This document shows positions 43,861 to 59,053 of a DNA stretch of 64,000 nucleotides, piece after piece. Source of the stretch: Octopus vulgaris (taxonomy: Eukaryota); the NCBI GenBank assembly GCA_951406725.2, contig OX597823.1:50592001-50656000 (forward strand), given 5' to 3'. The notes beneath the pieces are model-generated. The model saw only the letters and a list, made by a program, of their open reading frames with translations, ran no database searches and was not told where the DNA came from. Each line of letters starts with the position of its first letter. The first letter of the stretch is position 1. Both the position numbers and the translations under genes were made by a program.

Positions 43861-45335
43861 AATTTACCACAAAACCAGATATGCAGTTTGTAGGTATTGT
43901 ATACATGATAAGACTCTAATATTTGATTGCTGACTTCAGTGAATGTAACATACATACCAACAAATACAAGTGTTTAGAAGGAGACGATAAAATAATATCT
44001 CAGTGTCAAGATAGCTGATTAAGATTGTGACATTTTTCAGATCTAAACAACGGACACTGACAGATTTTTGAATAGTTACATAATTATAAACTGATATTCA
44101 ACAGCTGCCAGTTTGGTCAAGAACTCATGGAAGTACCATTTCAAATCAGTTAAGTTGATATAGGTTGAGAGTCCCTTACCAATACGTTATCTCCCTTGTC
44201 TAAATATTAATGAAGAATCTTGTCAAAATGTCATCCTAATCAATTTTGATGTCATTAAGATACACCTCTCAGAATAGAAGGATTATCTGTTGGCGGTCCA
44301 TGCATGTGCTAAACTGTCTGTTGTAGATTACTGTATTGAGTCGTTAAGTTTTGTACGCCAAGTGTATACATTTTAGAAAAACAAACTTAGTCGTGTGAAA
44401 CATGAAGCTTAAAAGTTACAAATAAAATCGATGTGCAACAAGAGAAATAACTTTTGTATATTCCCTAAAGATCTTCCACGAACAAAACGTTTATTATTTA
44501 CAAACATGAAAAGAGAAAGCAACGTTTACTATATCCATTTTTCTACGACTAGAAATTATAGCTTATAAAAACTGATTATTACCAAAATTGAGAAAGGAGA
44601 AAGTTTATCAACAAAGACTTCTTGTCTTGAAATTACATTTTTTCCACTGAATAACATAGTCTTCAATGCCAGGCTTCGTTCTGGTGACAAATGTAGATAA
44701 ATAACACATGATAATGTAGATAAATAACACACGACTAGTTCCAGTCGATAGCGCCAAAATATTATGAACGGTCTCCAATCTAGTCTGTTAATATAAGTAG
44801 ACAGTTTAATAGAATTGGTTTTTATTTAGAGAAGCAAGTCTAGTTATGTTTTGTCCTCTGCAAGTTAGCATGACTGAATTCCAGAGTGAACTTCATATAG
44901 CTTTGATCCTCGTAAAAGAAGTACTTTATGCTTGTGAATTCTTCACTGTGGCACATATATTCCAGCAGAAAAGACTCGCGTCTTATAGTTACTGAATGTA
45001 TTTGTGGTTCTGTGGTTAGCAGCTCAATAAATATGATTACATGCTGTATTGGGTTTACTTAATGAATTTTGGTAATACTTCTTCCCATTGATGTATTTTG
45101 TGGGCAATTTTAGCTGGTTGAAAGAAGGATTTCTTACTTTGTTCTCACATTCCATTTTACACACATTTACAAGATTCATCTTCAACTTAATTCACTTTAA
45201 CAAATACAAGCAATGAGATGTGCGCTTTGTTCAGTATATCGATATATTCTATGTTTACATGTATTTATCTATATTTTTCCTTTAGATATGTGTCTGTTTT
45301 TGCATATGTACGCGTGAATGTATATAAATACATAC

Positions 45336-45379
<44 letters not shown>

Positions 45380-45424
45380 TATGTATTTATATACATTCAC
45401 ACGTACATGTGCAAAAACAGACAC

Positions 45425-45472
<48 letters not shown>

Positions 45473-45573
45473 ATACATATATATGCATATATACATACAT
45501 ATATATATACACATACATACATATATATATGTATGTATAAACGTATGTATACATACACACATACATATGTATA

Positions 45574-45642
<69 letters not shown>

Positions 45643-46131
45643 CTGTATACATACATGCCTGCATGCATGCATACATACATACATGCATACATACGGACAT
45701 CCATATATACGTACGTACATACAGGCACGCATTGTATGTTTTTTTTCTCTTTCTCTTCAACTTATATCTCTGAATCGCTCTTTGTCTTTATCGTTCTATC
45801 TGCATATCTCTATCGGCTGATTTGTTCGCTAAATATCGAGTGCACGCATTCATTCATACATACATATAGGCACACACTCAGACGCACATATTATATATAC
45901 GCTTTCTTAACATGAAGATTGTTTTATATGTACATATTCGTCGGTATATGCTGAAGCAAAGACGAAATCAAAGCAATACGATTTTTACATGCAAATACAT
46001 GCAATTACACAAATACGTAGCCGCCTCCTCCTCCTCCTCTTTCTCTCTTTCTCTCTCTCTCTCTCTCAGCCCCCTGTCTTTATCTATAAGTATAAAGTAT
46101 ACAAGTATATAAGTGTGGTGTGTCTTTACAC

Positions 46132-46171
<40 letters not shown>

Positions 46172-46271
46172 GACACCGACACACACACACATCGACACAC
46201 ACACACACACAAATACACACACTGTCGACTAGCAGAGTTCTGTTTACGGCATATATCGTGTCAGAAAATAA

Positions 46272-46325
46272 CCTTTAGTTTCGCGTTTACTATTGCACTC
46301 AGCAATATAGAAAACTCGTCAGAGG
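46272..46325 (-). ncRNA. Degenerate hammerhead-like motif
   Basis: Minus strand CCT-CTGACGA-GTTT..ATTGC TGAGT GCAAT..AAACGC-GAAA-CTAA-AGG; stem III essentially lost. Confidence 0.35.
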
Positions 46326-46492
46326 AGATATCAGTATTGCCAAGAACAGTAGTAGTTACGAAACCAATGGTCCCTTTCTCACCGGGTACATGCCATAATC
46401 AGGAACATACTATTCGACAATATAAAAGTATAATTGCTCAAATTCCCTCTTAGAGCGTACTTTTTTTTTACCTTGAATAATGGACGAATGAC

Positions 46493-46582
<90 letters not shown>

Positions 46583-46637
46583 GTTTATATATTTGTTGTG
46601 CAAGATTTTTTATGTGAAGTCGTGTGTGTTGAAACAG

Positions 46638-47005
<368 letters not shown>

Positions 47006-47017
47006 TGTGTTTGTGTA

Positions 47018-47368
47018 TTGGCTTCAAATTTTGTCACAATTCCAGCAATTTCGGTGGGGAAGAGATAAGCTGATTACGTCGACCCCAGTGATGAACTGGT
47101 ACTTATTTTATCGACCCCGAAAGGATGAAAGTCAAAATCGACCTCAACTGAATTTGAACTCAGAAGATTAAGACGGACAAAATGCCGCTAAGCATTTTGC
47201 CCGACGAGGTAACGATTCTTATTATTTGCCCACAAGGAGCTAAAAATAGAGGGGACAAACAAGGATAGAGAAACGGATTAAGTCGATTACATCGACCTCA
47301 GTACGTAACTGGTACTTAATGTATTGACCCCGAAAGGATGAAAGGATATGTCCACCTGGGCGGAATTT
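47018..47368 (-). mobile_element. Two adjacent SINE family B copies, one of each tail subfamily
   Basis: Reverse complement of the 25311-type copy (47018-47215) and the 4412-type copy (47221-47368). Confidence 0.85.
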
Positions 47369-47369
47369 G

Positions 47370-47933
47370 TTTCACCGATACGATTTACTTCATGGATATG
47401 AAAGTAGTTCTCCACACAGAATTTGTTTCTCCTGGTCAAACTGTTAACCAGAGAGTTCACTTGGAAGTTCTGAAGCGTTTGTAAGACGCGGTGAGACGAA
47501 AATGCCCCGACCTGTGACAAAGTGGAGAGTGGTGGTATCATCACGACCATGCACCCGCACACATCACCTTGAGTGTGTGACAATTTGGGACCAAAAATCA
47601 CATGATCCCACTTACCCACCCTCCCCTATTCATCCGATCTTGCTCCCTGCGACGTTTTTTTTTTTTCTTCCCCAGAATGAAAAAAAGTCCTTGAAAGAAA
47701 ACGTTTTGCAGATGTGAAAGAGGTGAAGAAAAAGAGAAAAAAAAAATGCCGCTGGTGTTAAAAGGCATCACCTCTCAAGAGTTTCAGAACTGCTTCGAAC
47801 TGTGGAAAATGCATCTGGAATGATGCATTTCTTAAAATGGAGAATAATTTGAAGGCAATAAAAGTGTAAGCATGTAAAACTACGTGAATAAAACAATATT
47901 GCAAAATTCCGGTTTCTCATGGGTACACCTTCG
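47370..47933 (+). mobile_element. Mariner transposase C-terminal relic with 3' TIR
   Basis: EFVSPGQTVNQ..LEVLKRL, WYHHDHAPAH, HPP/YSSDLAPCD (YSPDLAP motif); ends ..GGGTACACCTTCG|TA. Confidence 0.88.
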
Positions 47934-48049
47934 TACATCTAATAAGCTAACCAACCTACTTTTCTTATTCTAAACTGTAGGAGACGGGTGTTATAGCTCT
48001 TTGAACACACCCTACTAAACAATATTAGTCACAGTTGACTCGTTTGCAG

Positions 48050-48160
48050 AATGCATTCGGAACGTGAAGGCAATATGGAAGCTCGCTATGCGATATATTC
48101 TTCTGTTAAACTGGGCAAATACGCTACAGAAATTTATGAAATGTTCCAGACTGCTTCTGA
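48050..48160 (+). mobile_element. Mariner transposase N-terminal relic
   Basis: EARYAIYSSVKLGKYATEIYEMFQTA resembles the mariner N-terminal HTH. Confidence 0.6.
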
Positions 48161-48178
48161 CCTAATTCATATATATAT

Positions 48179-48525
48179 TACTCTTTTACTCTTTTACTTG
48201 TTTCAGTCATTTGACTGCGGCCACGCTGGAGCACCGCCTTTAGTCGAGCAAATCGACCCCGGGACTTATTTTTTGTAAGCCCAGTACTTATTCTATCGGT
48301 CTCTTTTGCCGAACCGCTAAGTGACGGGGACGTAAATACACCAGCATCGGTTGTCAAGCAATGCTAGGGGGACAAACACAGACACACAAACACATACACA
48401 CACACATATATATATATATACATATATACGACAGGCTTCTTTCAGTTTCCGTCTACCAAATCCACTCACAAGGCATTGGTCGGCCCGGGGCTATAGCAGA
48501 AGATACTTGCCCAAGATGCCACGCA
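48179..48525 (-). mobile_element. SINE family A, 5'-truncated
   Basis: Reverse complement of the 28294 copy. Confidence 0.9.
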
Positions 48526-48913
48526 AAATGATATATATATATATATATATATATACATACATATATATATATATATATATAGATATATATGTATGTATAT
48601 ATACATACAAATATGTACATACTTACATCTATACGCATATATATGCATATTCGGGAACAGGACGTCATGAAACGTGTACAACAAAAAAAAAATACGAAGT
48701 ACGAGTAATGTGGAATATGAACTATTTTTTCGAACATCGAAAGACACAAAAGGAAAACAAGACAAACAACATAAAGAACGTCACTTCATCAGTTGTTGGT
48801 TGTTTTTCTACTCTCGTTAAGCTAGAAATGTATCAATATATATATACACATATATATATATATCAATATATATATACACGCATATTCAAACACATATAAT
48901 CATATGAATACAT

Positions 48914-49001
<88 letters not shown>

Positions 49002-49043
49002 AATCAAATATAATATATACATACATACATACATACATATATG

Positions 49044-49094
<51 letters not shown>

Positions 49095-49889
49095 TATATA
49101 TATATCTCCATATATATAGAGAGATATATATATATACGTAATCAAATATAAAATATACATATATGTATAATCAAATGAATATATATGATCAAATCGATAG
49201 TCCAAAGTCCAGTACAAAGTGTGAGGATTGGCTCACAATTAAAATTAATACTTAGAATTTTAAATGCCAGTAACTGAGAAAGTAACGACTTCATCAACCA
49301 TCAAAAGTTGAGAGAGAGAATCGAATGCCTTTCTCGTTTATTTCTTGCATTTTCTCGCAGAGTAGCCATATCATTTTGAGCTCAACAACTGCCAGATCTT
49401 ACAAAATATGATATACAAATCCGTCTCATTCTTGCTCTCTCTGAGCATGAAATTCGAAGTAGCTAACGTTTAACTCTTCTGTTCCTTAATCGATATTTAT
49501 CTGTCACTGGATCGGGTAGCGTTTAGTTGAACCCAATAACAAGTGAACTGTACATTACTTTACATTACACTACACACACACATACACTACACACTATCTC
49601 TTCCCATCTTACACACGCGCGCTCGCACACACACACATACACACACACACACACACACACATACACACACACACATACACACACAGAAGGGTAAGGTGTA
49701 TTATGAGCTGGTAGTTTGTGACAAAAGTAAGAAACTCAAGATTGTTGTTTCTTATATATGAAAAAAATCATGCAAGTCTTTCCCATTGTGATTGTTTAGT
49801 TACATGTACATATATTGGATATATTTACGTATACGTACATATGTATATATCTATGTATATGTGTATAGATAATGCATACAGAAATATAC

Positions 49890-50909
49890 TGGAGTGGCTG
49901 TGCGGTAAGACACCGGGCGAAATGCTTAGCTGTATTTCGTCTGCTGTTACGTTCTGAGTTCAAATTCTGCCGAGGTCGACTTTGCCTTTCATCCTTTCGG
50001 GGTCGATAAATTAAATAGCAGTTACGCACTGGGGTCGATGTAAACGACTTAATCTGTTTGTCTGTCCTCGTTTGACCCCTCTGTGTTTAGCCCCTTGTGG
50101 GCAGTAAAGAAATAGGTATTGCGTCTGCCGTTACGTTCTGAGTTCAAATTCAGCCGAGATCGACTTTGCCTTTCATCCTTTCAGGGTCGATTAAATAAGT
50201 ACCAGTTACGGACTGAGGTTTGACATAATCGACTTAATCCCTTTGACTGTTTTTGTGCCCCCCCCCCCGTGTGTGTAGCCCCTTGTGGGCAGTAAAGAAA
50301 TAAGAAGTTTGCTTCCCAACCACATGGTTCTGGGTTCAATCCCACTGCGTGGCACCTTGGGCAAGTGTCTTCTACTATAACCTCGGGTCGACCAAAGCCT
50401 TGACAGTGGCCCCTGCATGGCCGCAGTCAAATTACTGAAACAAATAAAAGAGTATATATATATAGGCGCAGGAGTATGGTAAGTAGCTTGTTTATATATA
50501 TATATAGGCGCAGGAGTATGGTAAGTAGCTTGTTTACCAACCACATGGTTCCGGGTTCAGTCCCACTGCGTGGCACCTTGGGCAAGTGTATTCTACTATA
50601 ACCTCGGGCCGACCAAAGCCTTGTGAGTGGATTTGGTAGACAGAAACTGAAAGAAGCCCGTCGTATATATGTATATATGTGTGTGTGTGTTTGTGTGTCT
50701 GTGTTTGTCCCCCTAGGATTGCTTGACAACCGATGCTGGTGTGTTTATGTTCCCGTAACTTAGCGGTTCGGCGAAAGAGACCGATAGAATAAGTACAGGG
50801 CTTACAAAGGAATAAGTCCCGGGGTCGAGTTGCTCGATTAAAGGCGGTGCTCCAGCATGGCCGCAGTCAAATGACTGAAACAAGTAAAAGAGTAAAGAGA
50901 GTAAAAGAG

Positions 50910-50910
<1 letters not shown>
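49890..50910 (+). mobile_element. Nested SINE cluster: family B dimer inside a family A head, then a family A copy with duplicated head
   Basis: A head 49890-49910 resumes at 50301; B dimer between; head repeats at 50465 and 50507; tail ends 50910. Confidence 0.85.
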
Positions 50911-50940
<30 letters not shown>

Positions 50941-51588
50941 CAAAAATATTTAAAAACGAACACAGTAAATAAATATATTTATATATACGTACACACATAC
51001 CAATTATAAATGCATACAGGTAGTTGTGTGTGTGTGTGTATATATATATATGCACTTATTGTGCGTGTCTTTGTGTATATAAATCTATGTGTGTTTACGT
51101 GTGTACAGCTGAACATTCACTTACATTCTTAACAGATATAGACTGCATTCTTCTCGGTAAACAGTCTATAATACATCTGAAGATGGTGTTTATATAAAAT
51201 CACCGAAGGCAATCTACTTGTAAGACAAGTATATTACATCATTATTCTCCTTAACTCCAGTTCAATCCAAAAACCTATCTAATTACGTATCTTATGTAAA
51301 ACGAACATGATTTCTAACTGTTCTCAAATTATTAATTTTTTTTTTTCATGTATTTTGTGTCTGTTTCTCTCAGTATGTCTGACTGTTGCCTGTCTGTCGG
51401 TGTGTTCCCCTATCTCTCTGCCTCAAGATAAATTATTGTTGTATTACTGTTAGTTAGCGTACTCACAGGCATACACAAAAACATCAACGTATAAGGCTAT
51501 ATCCCTATATGTATGCATATACGCACCGTACACATAAGTATGCGTATGCACATACACATACGTAAATACATCTGTGTGTGTTATAGAT

Positions 51589-51685
51589 ATGTGTGTTATA
51601 AGTATGTATGCATATATACATACATATATATACATACACATATATAATAATATAAAGCATAAAAAAGTTAAATATATATATATAA

Positions 51686-51782
<97 letters not shown>

Positions 51783-51858
51783 CTTTTTTACTTTATATTA
51801 TTATATATGTGTATGTATATATATGTATGTATATATGCATACATATATAACACACACA
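51589..51858. repeat. Inverted repeat centred on (TA)n
   Basis: ATAATAATATAAAG..AAAAAAGTTAA / TTAACTTTTTTACTTTATATTATTAT, extending outwards. Confidence 0.8.
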
Positions 51859-52108
51859 CACACGCAAACACACATATATATATATATATATATACACGCT
51901 CACACATACATATATGCGTACATTTACACACATGCACCCGCATATTTACACACACTCACGGGAGCATGCATGTATGTATGGAGGGATAGATAGACTGATA
52001 GAGAGAACTACGCTCCTACATACATAGATATATGTATATGTGTATAACTATGCGCATACACAATTTGTGTGTTCATATACATACAGATTTAAGTAAACAC
52101 ACACTATA

Positions 52109-52185
<77 letters not shown>

Positions 52186-52606
52186 ATATATATATATATA
52201 TAATACATTCACACACACTCACACACATATGTATATACATGCATATATGTAGACCCATAACTCCTTGCACCGTCACACATATACACACGAACGCACAGAC
52301 GGACTCACATATATGGATGAATACATTTATTTATTGCTCCTTGAACATCTACCTTGTTGAGTTGTTAAAGAAACCAAAGAGACACTCGATGGCAGGAAAT
52401 AGTAGAAAAAAAAAGTCTGCAGAAAATAAAGTATCAAAGGAAACAGATCACAATTTTCTGGAATTATTTTCCTCTTGGCACTTCTGTCTTTTTCTCTTTA
52501 CCTCACCCTGCCTCTCTTAACTAAACTTTCCTTCCATGGTTCTTGCTTTCACTTCTACACCGTCTGCACTTCTCTTCTTTGTATGTCTTTCTATCTCTCT
52601 CCCACC

Positions 52607-52655
<49 letters not shown>

Positions 52656-53119
52656 GTTGTTATTCTTATATGTTGCTGTTTTGTTTGTTTTTAAATTTAC
52701 TATATCTTTTGCTATGAAAGGTGTACATGACATTTGTAAACAATATGCATCTGCACATTTGTATGCATGCATACTAATATATTTGTGTGCACTTACACGC
52801 ATATATATGTATGTTTCTATGTATGTATGTATGTATGTATGTATGTATGTATGTATGTATATGTATGTATGTATGTATATATATATATTTGTATCTAGTT
52901 ATATAAATATGTACTTAAGTAGACATACATATATGTATGTATATGTGTATGTGTGTATATGTGTGCGTGTGTGTATCAATGAGATGTGGGTATAGACTCA
53001 CATAAAAATATATCTAGGTACTTATATGCATACATTTACGCATGTATATTCGTATTTACAAATCTTACATGAAAAGCATGTCTACAGTTACTTATTTATG
53101 CTCACATCCACACATCTGA

Positions 53120-53198
<79 letters not shown>

Positions 53199-53861
53199 TA
53201 TAGATGTATATGTGTGTATATTTCTATTTAGGGAAGGAAACATGTATATGCATATATATATATGTATGTATATGTTCACACACATCTTAAATTTAGTCTA
53301 CTTATAGTTGTTATTCTACGGGAATCTTTTGAGAGGATTACATCTAATATTTTCCTATTTTGGTAGGGTTTTTTTTTATTCCTCCTCTTTACATTCTGTA
53401 TATTGGAAATTTGATTTGTGAAAAATCTGAATTAAAGGGGGAAAAATTATATCAAGTACTAAGATCAGGTGACTGTAGTGTGAAAGGTGTTCTTTTTGCA
53501 GTTTGTCCTGATCCTTAACGATGTTGCTATTTATAAATACATGCAGAAATACATACATGAATACAGCCAGCCATCCATCCATCCATCCATCCATCCATTC
53601 ATCCATCCATCCATCCATCCATCCGTACGTACGTACGTACATACATACATAAATCGCTAGCCACTATACCTTTTTCTATTTTCTCTCCATGTTTCTTTCT
53701 GTGTCCCTTTCTGTCGAAGAGCGTTGGCTCGAAATGAAAAAGACTTTCTCACTTCCTAAGCGTTAAACTAATACATCCGTTTGTTGTTTACACGCCAGTT
53801 TTCGTCTTTTGTTGTTTTTTTTGTAAATTCTTACTACATACATACACACATAAATGCATGC

Positions 53862-53913
<52 letters not shown>

Positions 53914-54151
53914 GAGTGAGTGGACAAACGAAAGAAAGGCACTCAACCAATTTATTGGGAGTTACATCTATGGAGCAAAACAGTTTGACTCAAATTCTTT
54001 GGTACCCTTGAGTTTCAAGCATGATGCTAGTCGTCAGGCATTTTGAATTCAAAATTTTAATAATAATTATTACCTTTAAAAGATTTATTCCCATGCTGGC
54101 CACTTGATAAGATCAATATTTAAATTAACGATCTTATTCTTATTTATATAA

Positions 54152-54225
<74 letters not shown>

Positions 54226-54567
54226 AATTAAAAAAAGGAAAATACACACATTTTACATAGTTTTAATATATCAACAGGTTTCACTTTCGCTATTCATGAT
54301 ATTAAGGTATACTTATTAAGGTATACTTATTAAGGTATACTTACGTATTTTCTTAAGAATAATTTTTTGTCAATGTTGTGTATCATTATTATTGTTATTG
54401 TTTTGAGCAAGGGTGATAACTGCTCAGTTTTCGGTAAGGGAGATATATATATATATGTATATATACACACACACACACAAAGTTTCGAAAAACTTGTTTA
54501 GTGAGGGGATTTATGTACAGAGATGTAATCGTGAACTGAAAGATGTAAAAAGATAAAAGTTCTTTAT

Positions 54568-55570
54568 GCGTGCATATTAAGATGTGTTCTGTATTTTTCG
54601 ATGAAAAAAGTTTCTTTACTTGAACGTTCTTGTGGAGAAATTATGTCTTTGCATTGGTTAAAAAGGGAAGACTGTGAAATTTGGTTTGATGTTATCTGCA
54701 CATTTTTCTATATGTTCACTGAGAGGAATTTGCCTGTATTTTGGGGAACGAATTTGCTCTTTATGTAGAGTGGTTCTCTGTCTCAAGGTCATAATCGTTT
54801 GTCCAATATAGTTGTGTCCACAACACGAGCAGGTTATTACATAAATTAGGTTCTCAGAGGCACAAGTGAAACTAGTTTTAATTGTGAACCTCTCTCCTTG
54901 TTTGAAAAGGAAATCCGAGCCTTCAAGTAAGTTGGGGCAGGTTCCACAGTTTGGGCGTTCACATTTTTTAACCGTTGGTTTCGAGGTTGTTTTGTAAAGC
55001 TTCGCTTCGCATTTGTTAGCAGTCTCTTTTGCTAGTTGTGTTGCTTTTTGCATTTGATGAGTTTGTGCTCTTTCAGGATGGCGTTCATTTTACACAATAG
55101 TTTTGAATACATCACTGTTTCTGAGGTTGTGTGTTGATATAAGCAGTAGTGTTTTGAGATGAGGTGTGGTGTTATGTTTTGTTGTTCTTAGTGCTTTTAT
55201 ATCTAATTTTTTGGCACGTTTAATTCCTTCGTCTATAAGTGAGGGTGGATACTGTCTTTCAGTAAGCGTTGTTTTGAGGAGATGAAGGTCCCGAGTAGTT
55301 CTATCAGATACTATTGTGCAAATCCTTTTTGCCAAATTGAAAGGGATATTTATTTTGATGTGTTTCGGGTGGCATGAGCCAAAGAGGAGATATTGTTTTG
55401 AGTCAATTGGTTTATAATAGATATCAATTTGATCGTTGGCTATTTTTTTATTATGATGTCTAAAAGTGGAAGCTGTTCTTTGTTATATTCCATTGTGAAT
55501 TGGATGTTACTATTTTTATCATTTAGTTTTGATTTGAAATCCCAAAGTTTTTCGATGCCTTCCTTTAGTA
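54568..55570 (-). mobile_element. Second Penelope-like element (RT thumb + GIY-YIG), degraded
   Basis: IQFTMEYNKEQLP, YKPIDSKQYLLFGSCHPKHIK, CERPNCGTC, LIYVITCSCCGHNYIGQT..LRQRTTLH, FFIEKY..LN. Confidence 0.93.
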
Positions 55571-55819
55571 TTAAAGGATGATTTTCTTTGTGTTGTTAAC
55601 ATTTAAGTGCCTCAGTCAGAATAAATACATATGTATATGTATATATATTGTTGCATGGAAGTGTATGTGTATTAATGGATGAAAGTGTATTATGAATACA
55701 AACGTGTATCTATGAATGTATGCATGTATGTACGTACGTATGTATGTATGTATGTGTGTATGTATATATGCATATATGCATGTATGTATGTAGGTATGTA
55801 TGTATACATGTATGTATGA

Positions 55820-55865
<46 letters not shown>

Positions 55866-55927
55866 TGTGCGTATGCATTATCTCTTTCAATATACACTAT
55901 CTCTCTCTCTCCCTCTCTGTCTATATA

Positions 55928-55984
<57 letters not shown>

Positions 55985-55989
55985 GTATG

Positions 55990-56026
<37 letters not shown>

Positions 56027-56032
56027 AGTATG

Positions 56033-56081
<49 letters not shown>

Positions 56082-56084
<3 letters not shown>

Positions 56085-56620
56085 CAATTAAAAATGAGGG
56101 TGTCTAAGAGACACCAACATGCCGAAATAGCAGTCGAAACTCTGACTATAAAAACCACGTTAAGAGTTCGTGTCGCACCATGAGATAAGACAGATAGACA
56201 AAATATACAAGCAAAAATTATTGAATAATTCAAGATCCAGGATTTCTGGTTTTGCTTTAAATAAGCTTTACCGTCATCGGTTGAATATATCAAGAGTACA
56301 TAAATACAGATATATACATGCAGAACAAACGATATACTTACATATACGAACGTCCATACATAAATACATATGCACGTATGCACGCGGCCAGTTAAATTAC
56401 CCGCCGAATCATCCCAAAGTACGACACGGTTAAAATAAACACCGCAGTGAAAATAATAACGAATTATATATATTTATATATGAGGATAATATCGATATTT
56501 AAGTATCCATATTATCTAGACACCCTCATTTTTAATTGTTAAAAAATATTACCTTTGTACGGTATTTTTCCCATGCTGGCCACTAGATAATATGGATACT
56601 TAAATATCGATATTATCCTC

Positions 56621-56630
<10 letters not shown>
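56082..56630. mobile_element. Non-coding element with interleaved inverted repeats between (TA)n tracts
   Basis: 56082-56106 inverted at 56517-56541; 56471-56519 inverted at 56583-56630. Confidence 0.8.
56228..56286 (-). ncRNA. Type I hammerhead-like motif
   Basis: Minus strand ATTCAA-CCGATGA-CGGT(AAAGCTT ATTT AAAGCAAA)ACCA-GAAA-TCCTGGA-TC-TTGAAT; U4->C, 10.1/11.1 mismatch. Confidence 0.6.
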
Positions 56631-56692
<62 letters not shown>

Positions 56693-57609
56693 GCATATAT
56701 GCTCGCATGCATACACACACAAACAAATACATAAATATATATATACCACGTCTTCATATGCGTGTATATGTTTTTATTCTATATGAGTGTGTGTGTGTGT
56801 ATGTGTATGCGTGCCTGTGTGTGTGTAATTTCGGGGCGTGTCTGCAAATATTTCTGCCTAAATACGACAAAACCTATAGGCAAAATGAAAAGAACTTAAT
56901 ACCTAGGGTTAAGTAAATTTGTTTTGTATTTTACCTCAAGCTATTCTCAGTTTTAAGCGCTCAGAGTTTCAAGTTCGGAGTTAATCCTCAGACTAGGATT
57001 ATTAGCAGCAAGAGGTCCTGTAGAACCAAATTTTACTTGTGTGTGTGTATATATATATATACATACGTATATATACATATATATACATACATGCATGTAT
57101 ATACATGTACATATATACATGTATGCATACATACACACACACACACACATATATAGTACCAGGCATATATATATATATATATATATACGTATACATACAT
57201 ATATTCGTGCATATATGCATCCACACCCAGACACACACACACTCACAAACACATACCCATACACACACATATATAAGTTCTTTTGGAGAAGGTGTACACA
57301 TGGATTACGTTGGATGATTATACATAGATATATACATTATAATTTTTATGGCAGACTTTTAAAAGGAAATCAATAGCCGAAAGGTTCTTGCACGGAACTC
57401 TGCTCCTCGGTTTATTTTCTAACTTCAGCTGTGTATATGTATGTACGTATGTATGTATGTATGTATGTATGTATGTATGTATGTATGTATGTATGTATGT
57501 ATGTATGTATGTATGTATGTATGTATGTACGTACGTACGTATGTATGTATGTATGTATGTATGTATGTATGTATGTATATATATATGTGTGTATTTGTGT
57601 GTGTGTGTA

Positions 57610-57822
57610 TGTGTTTATCCCCCCTACAATGTCGCTTGACGACCGATGCTGGTATGTTTACGTCTCCGCAACTTAGCGGTTCGGCAAAACAGACCGTTAG
57701 AATATGTACTGGATTTACAAAGAACAAGTCGTCCTGATGTAGATTTGGTCGACTAGAGACGGTGCTCCAGCATGGCCACAGTCAAATGACTGAAACAAGT
57801 AAAAGAATAAAAGAATAAAAGA
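57610..57822 (+). mobile_element. SINE family A 3' half
   Basis: Matches 28520-28731. Confidence 0.85.
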
Positions 57823-57960
57823 ATACACACACATACACATAAACATATATTCTTTAATATATATGTATACACACACATATATATACATACATACATACAC
57901 ATATATATATACATATATATACATACATACACACACATATATATATACATATATATACAT

Positions 57961-58010
<50 letters not shown>

Positions 58011-58040
58011 CAAGAGAGAAAGAAAGTGTGTGAGATAAAC

Positions 58041-58099
<59 letters not shown>

Positions 58100-58813
58100 C
58101 CGATAGACACATAGATTGGTAAATAAACAGATAAAATGGCTGACAGGCATGCAGACAGACAGACAGATGGATAGATAAGTAGATAGATAGATTGATAGAC
58201 AGACAGATAAATTGATAGATAGATAGATGTTTTGTGTGTGTGCTTGTGTGTAGGTTTATAAGGATATGTGTGAATATATATGTATGTATATGTGTATGTT
58301 TGTATGCCTGTACATATACATATATATGTGTGCGTGTGTCTTTTTGTATATATGGATATATGGATATATGTATATATGTATGAATGTGTGTTTATGAGTG
58401 TGTGCATATTTGTATGCGTTTGTTTTCTGTCAAATGCATTCAAATAGAAACATTAACTGACGTATCGTTGGAACCATTTAGAAGGAGCTGAAATATATTA
58501 TCACTTATACTTTTGCGAGGACAGTACAAAAGTATTCCTTTTAAACACACACACACACGCATGCATACATATATATATGCATACACGTAGAGATACTCAT
58601 GCACACGCCTAGATATATTTATACCAACGGTATTATTTGAACCTACGGGACCACCACTAACCACTTACAGACATGAAATTAATGTGAAATTGCCTGCGGT
58701 AATTCATAAAATAAATTTACTCCACTCCAGGTACTAAGTTTTTTCTCTGTTCACTGGAAAGATTCTTTCCTATGTAAAAATGCTGCCAAATATAAGTATA
58801 CTCCCGTAATTAT

Positions 58814-58882
<69 letters not shown>

Positions 58883-58952
58883 TGTATATATATGTTTGTA
58901 TGTATGTATGTAGTTATGAATGCATACGTACGTACATACATAGATATGTGTG

Positions 58953-59024
<72 letters not shown>

Positions 59025-59053
59025 TACATACATACATATGTATATACATATAC

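Noticed and set aside
44100-44360. Minus-strand GDNVLVRD resembling an LTR integrase C-terminus
   Set aside because: A single short motif with no other supporting domain
51172-51222. CTGAAGA-T-GGTG..CACC-GAAG motif
   Set aside because: GAAA mutated and stems I and III poorly paired; counted only as a possible relic
54300-54345. Three copies of ATTAAGGTATACTT
   Set aside because: Simple tandem slippage with no spacers, so not CRISPR-like
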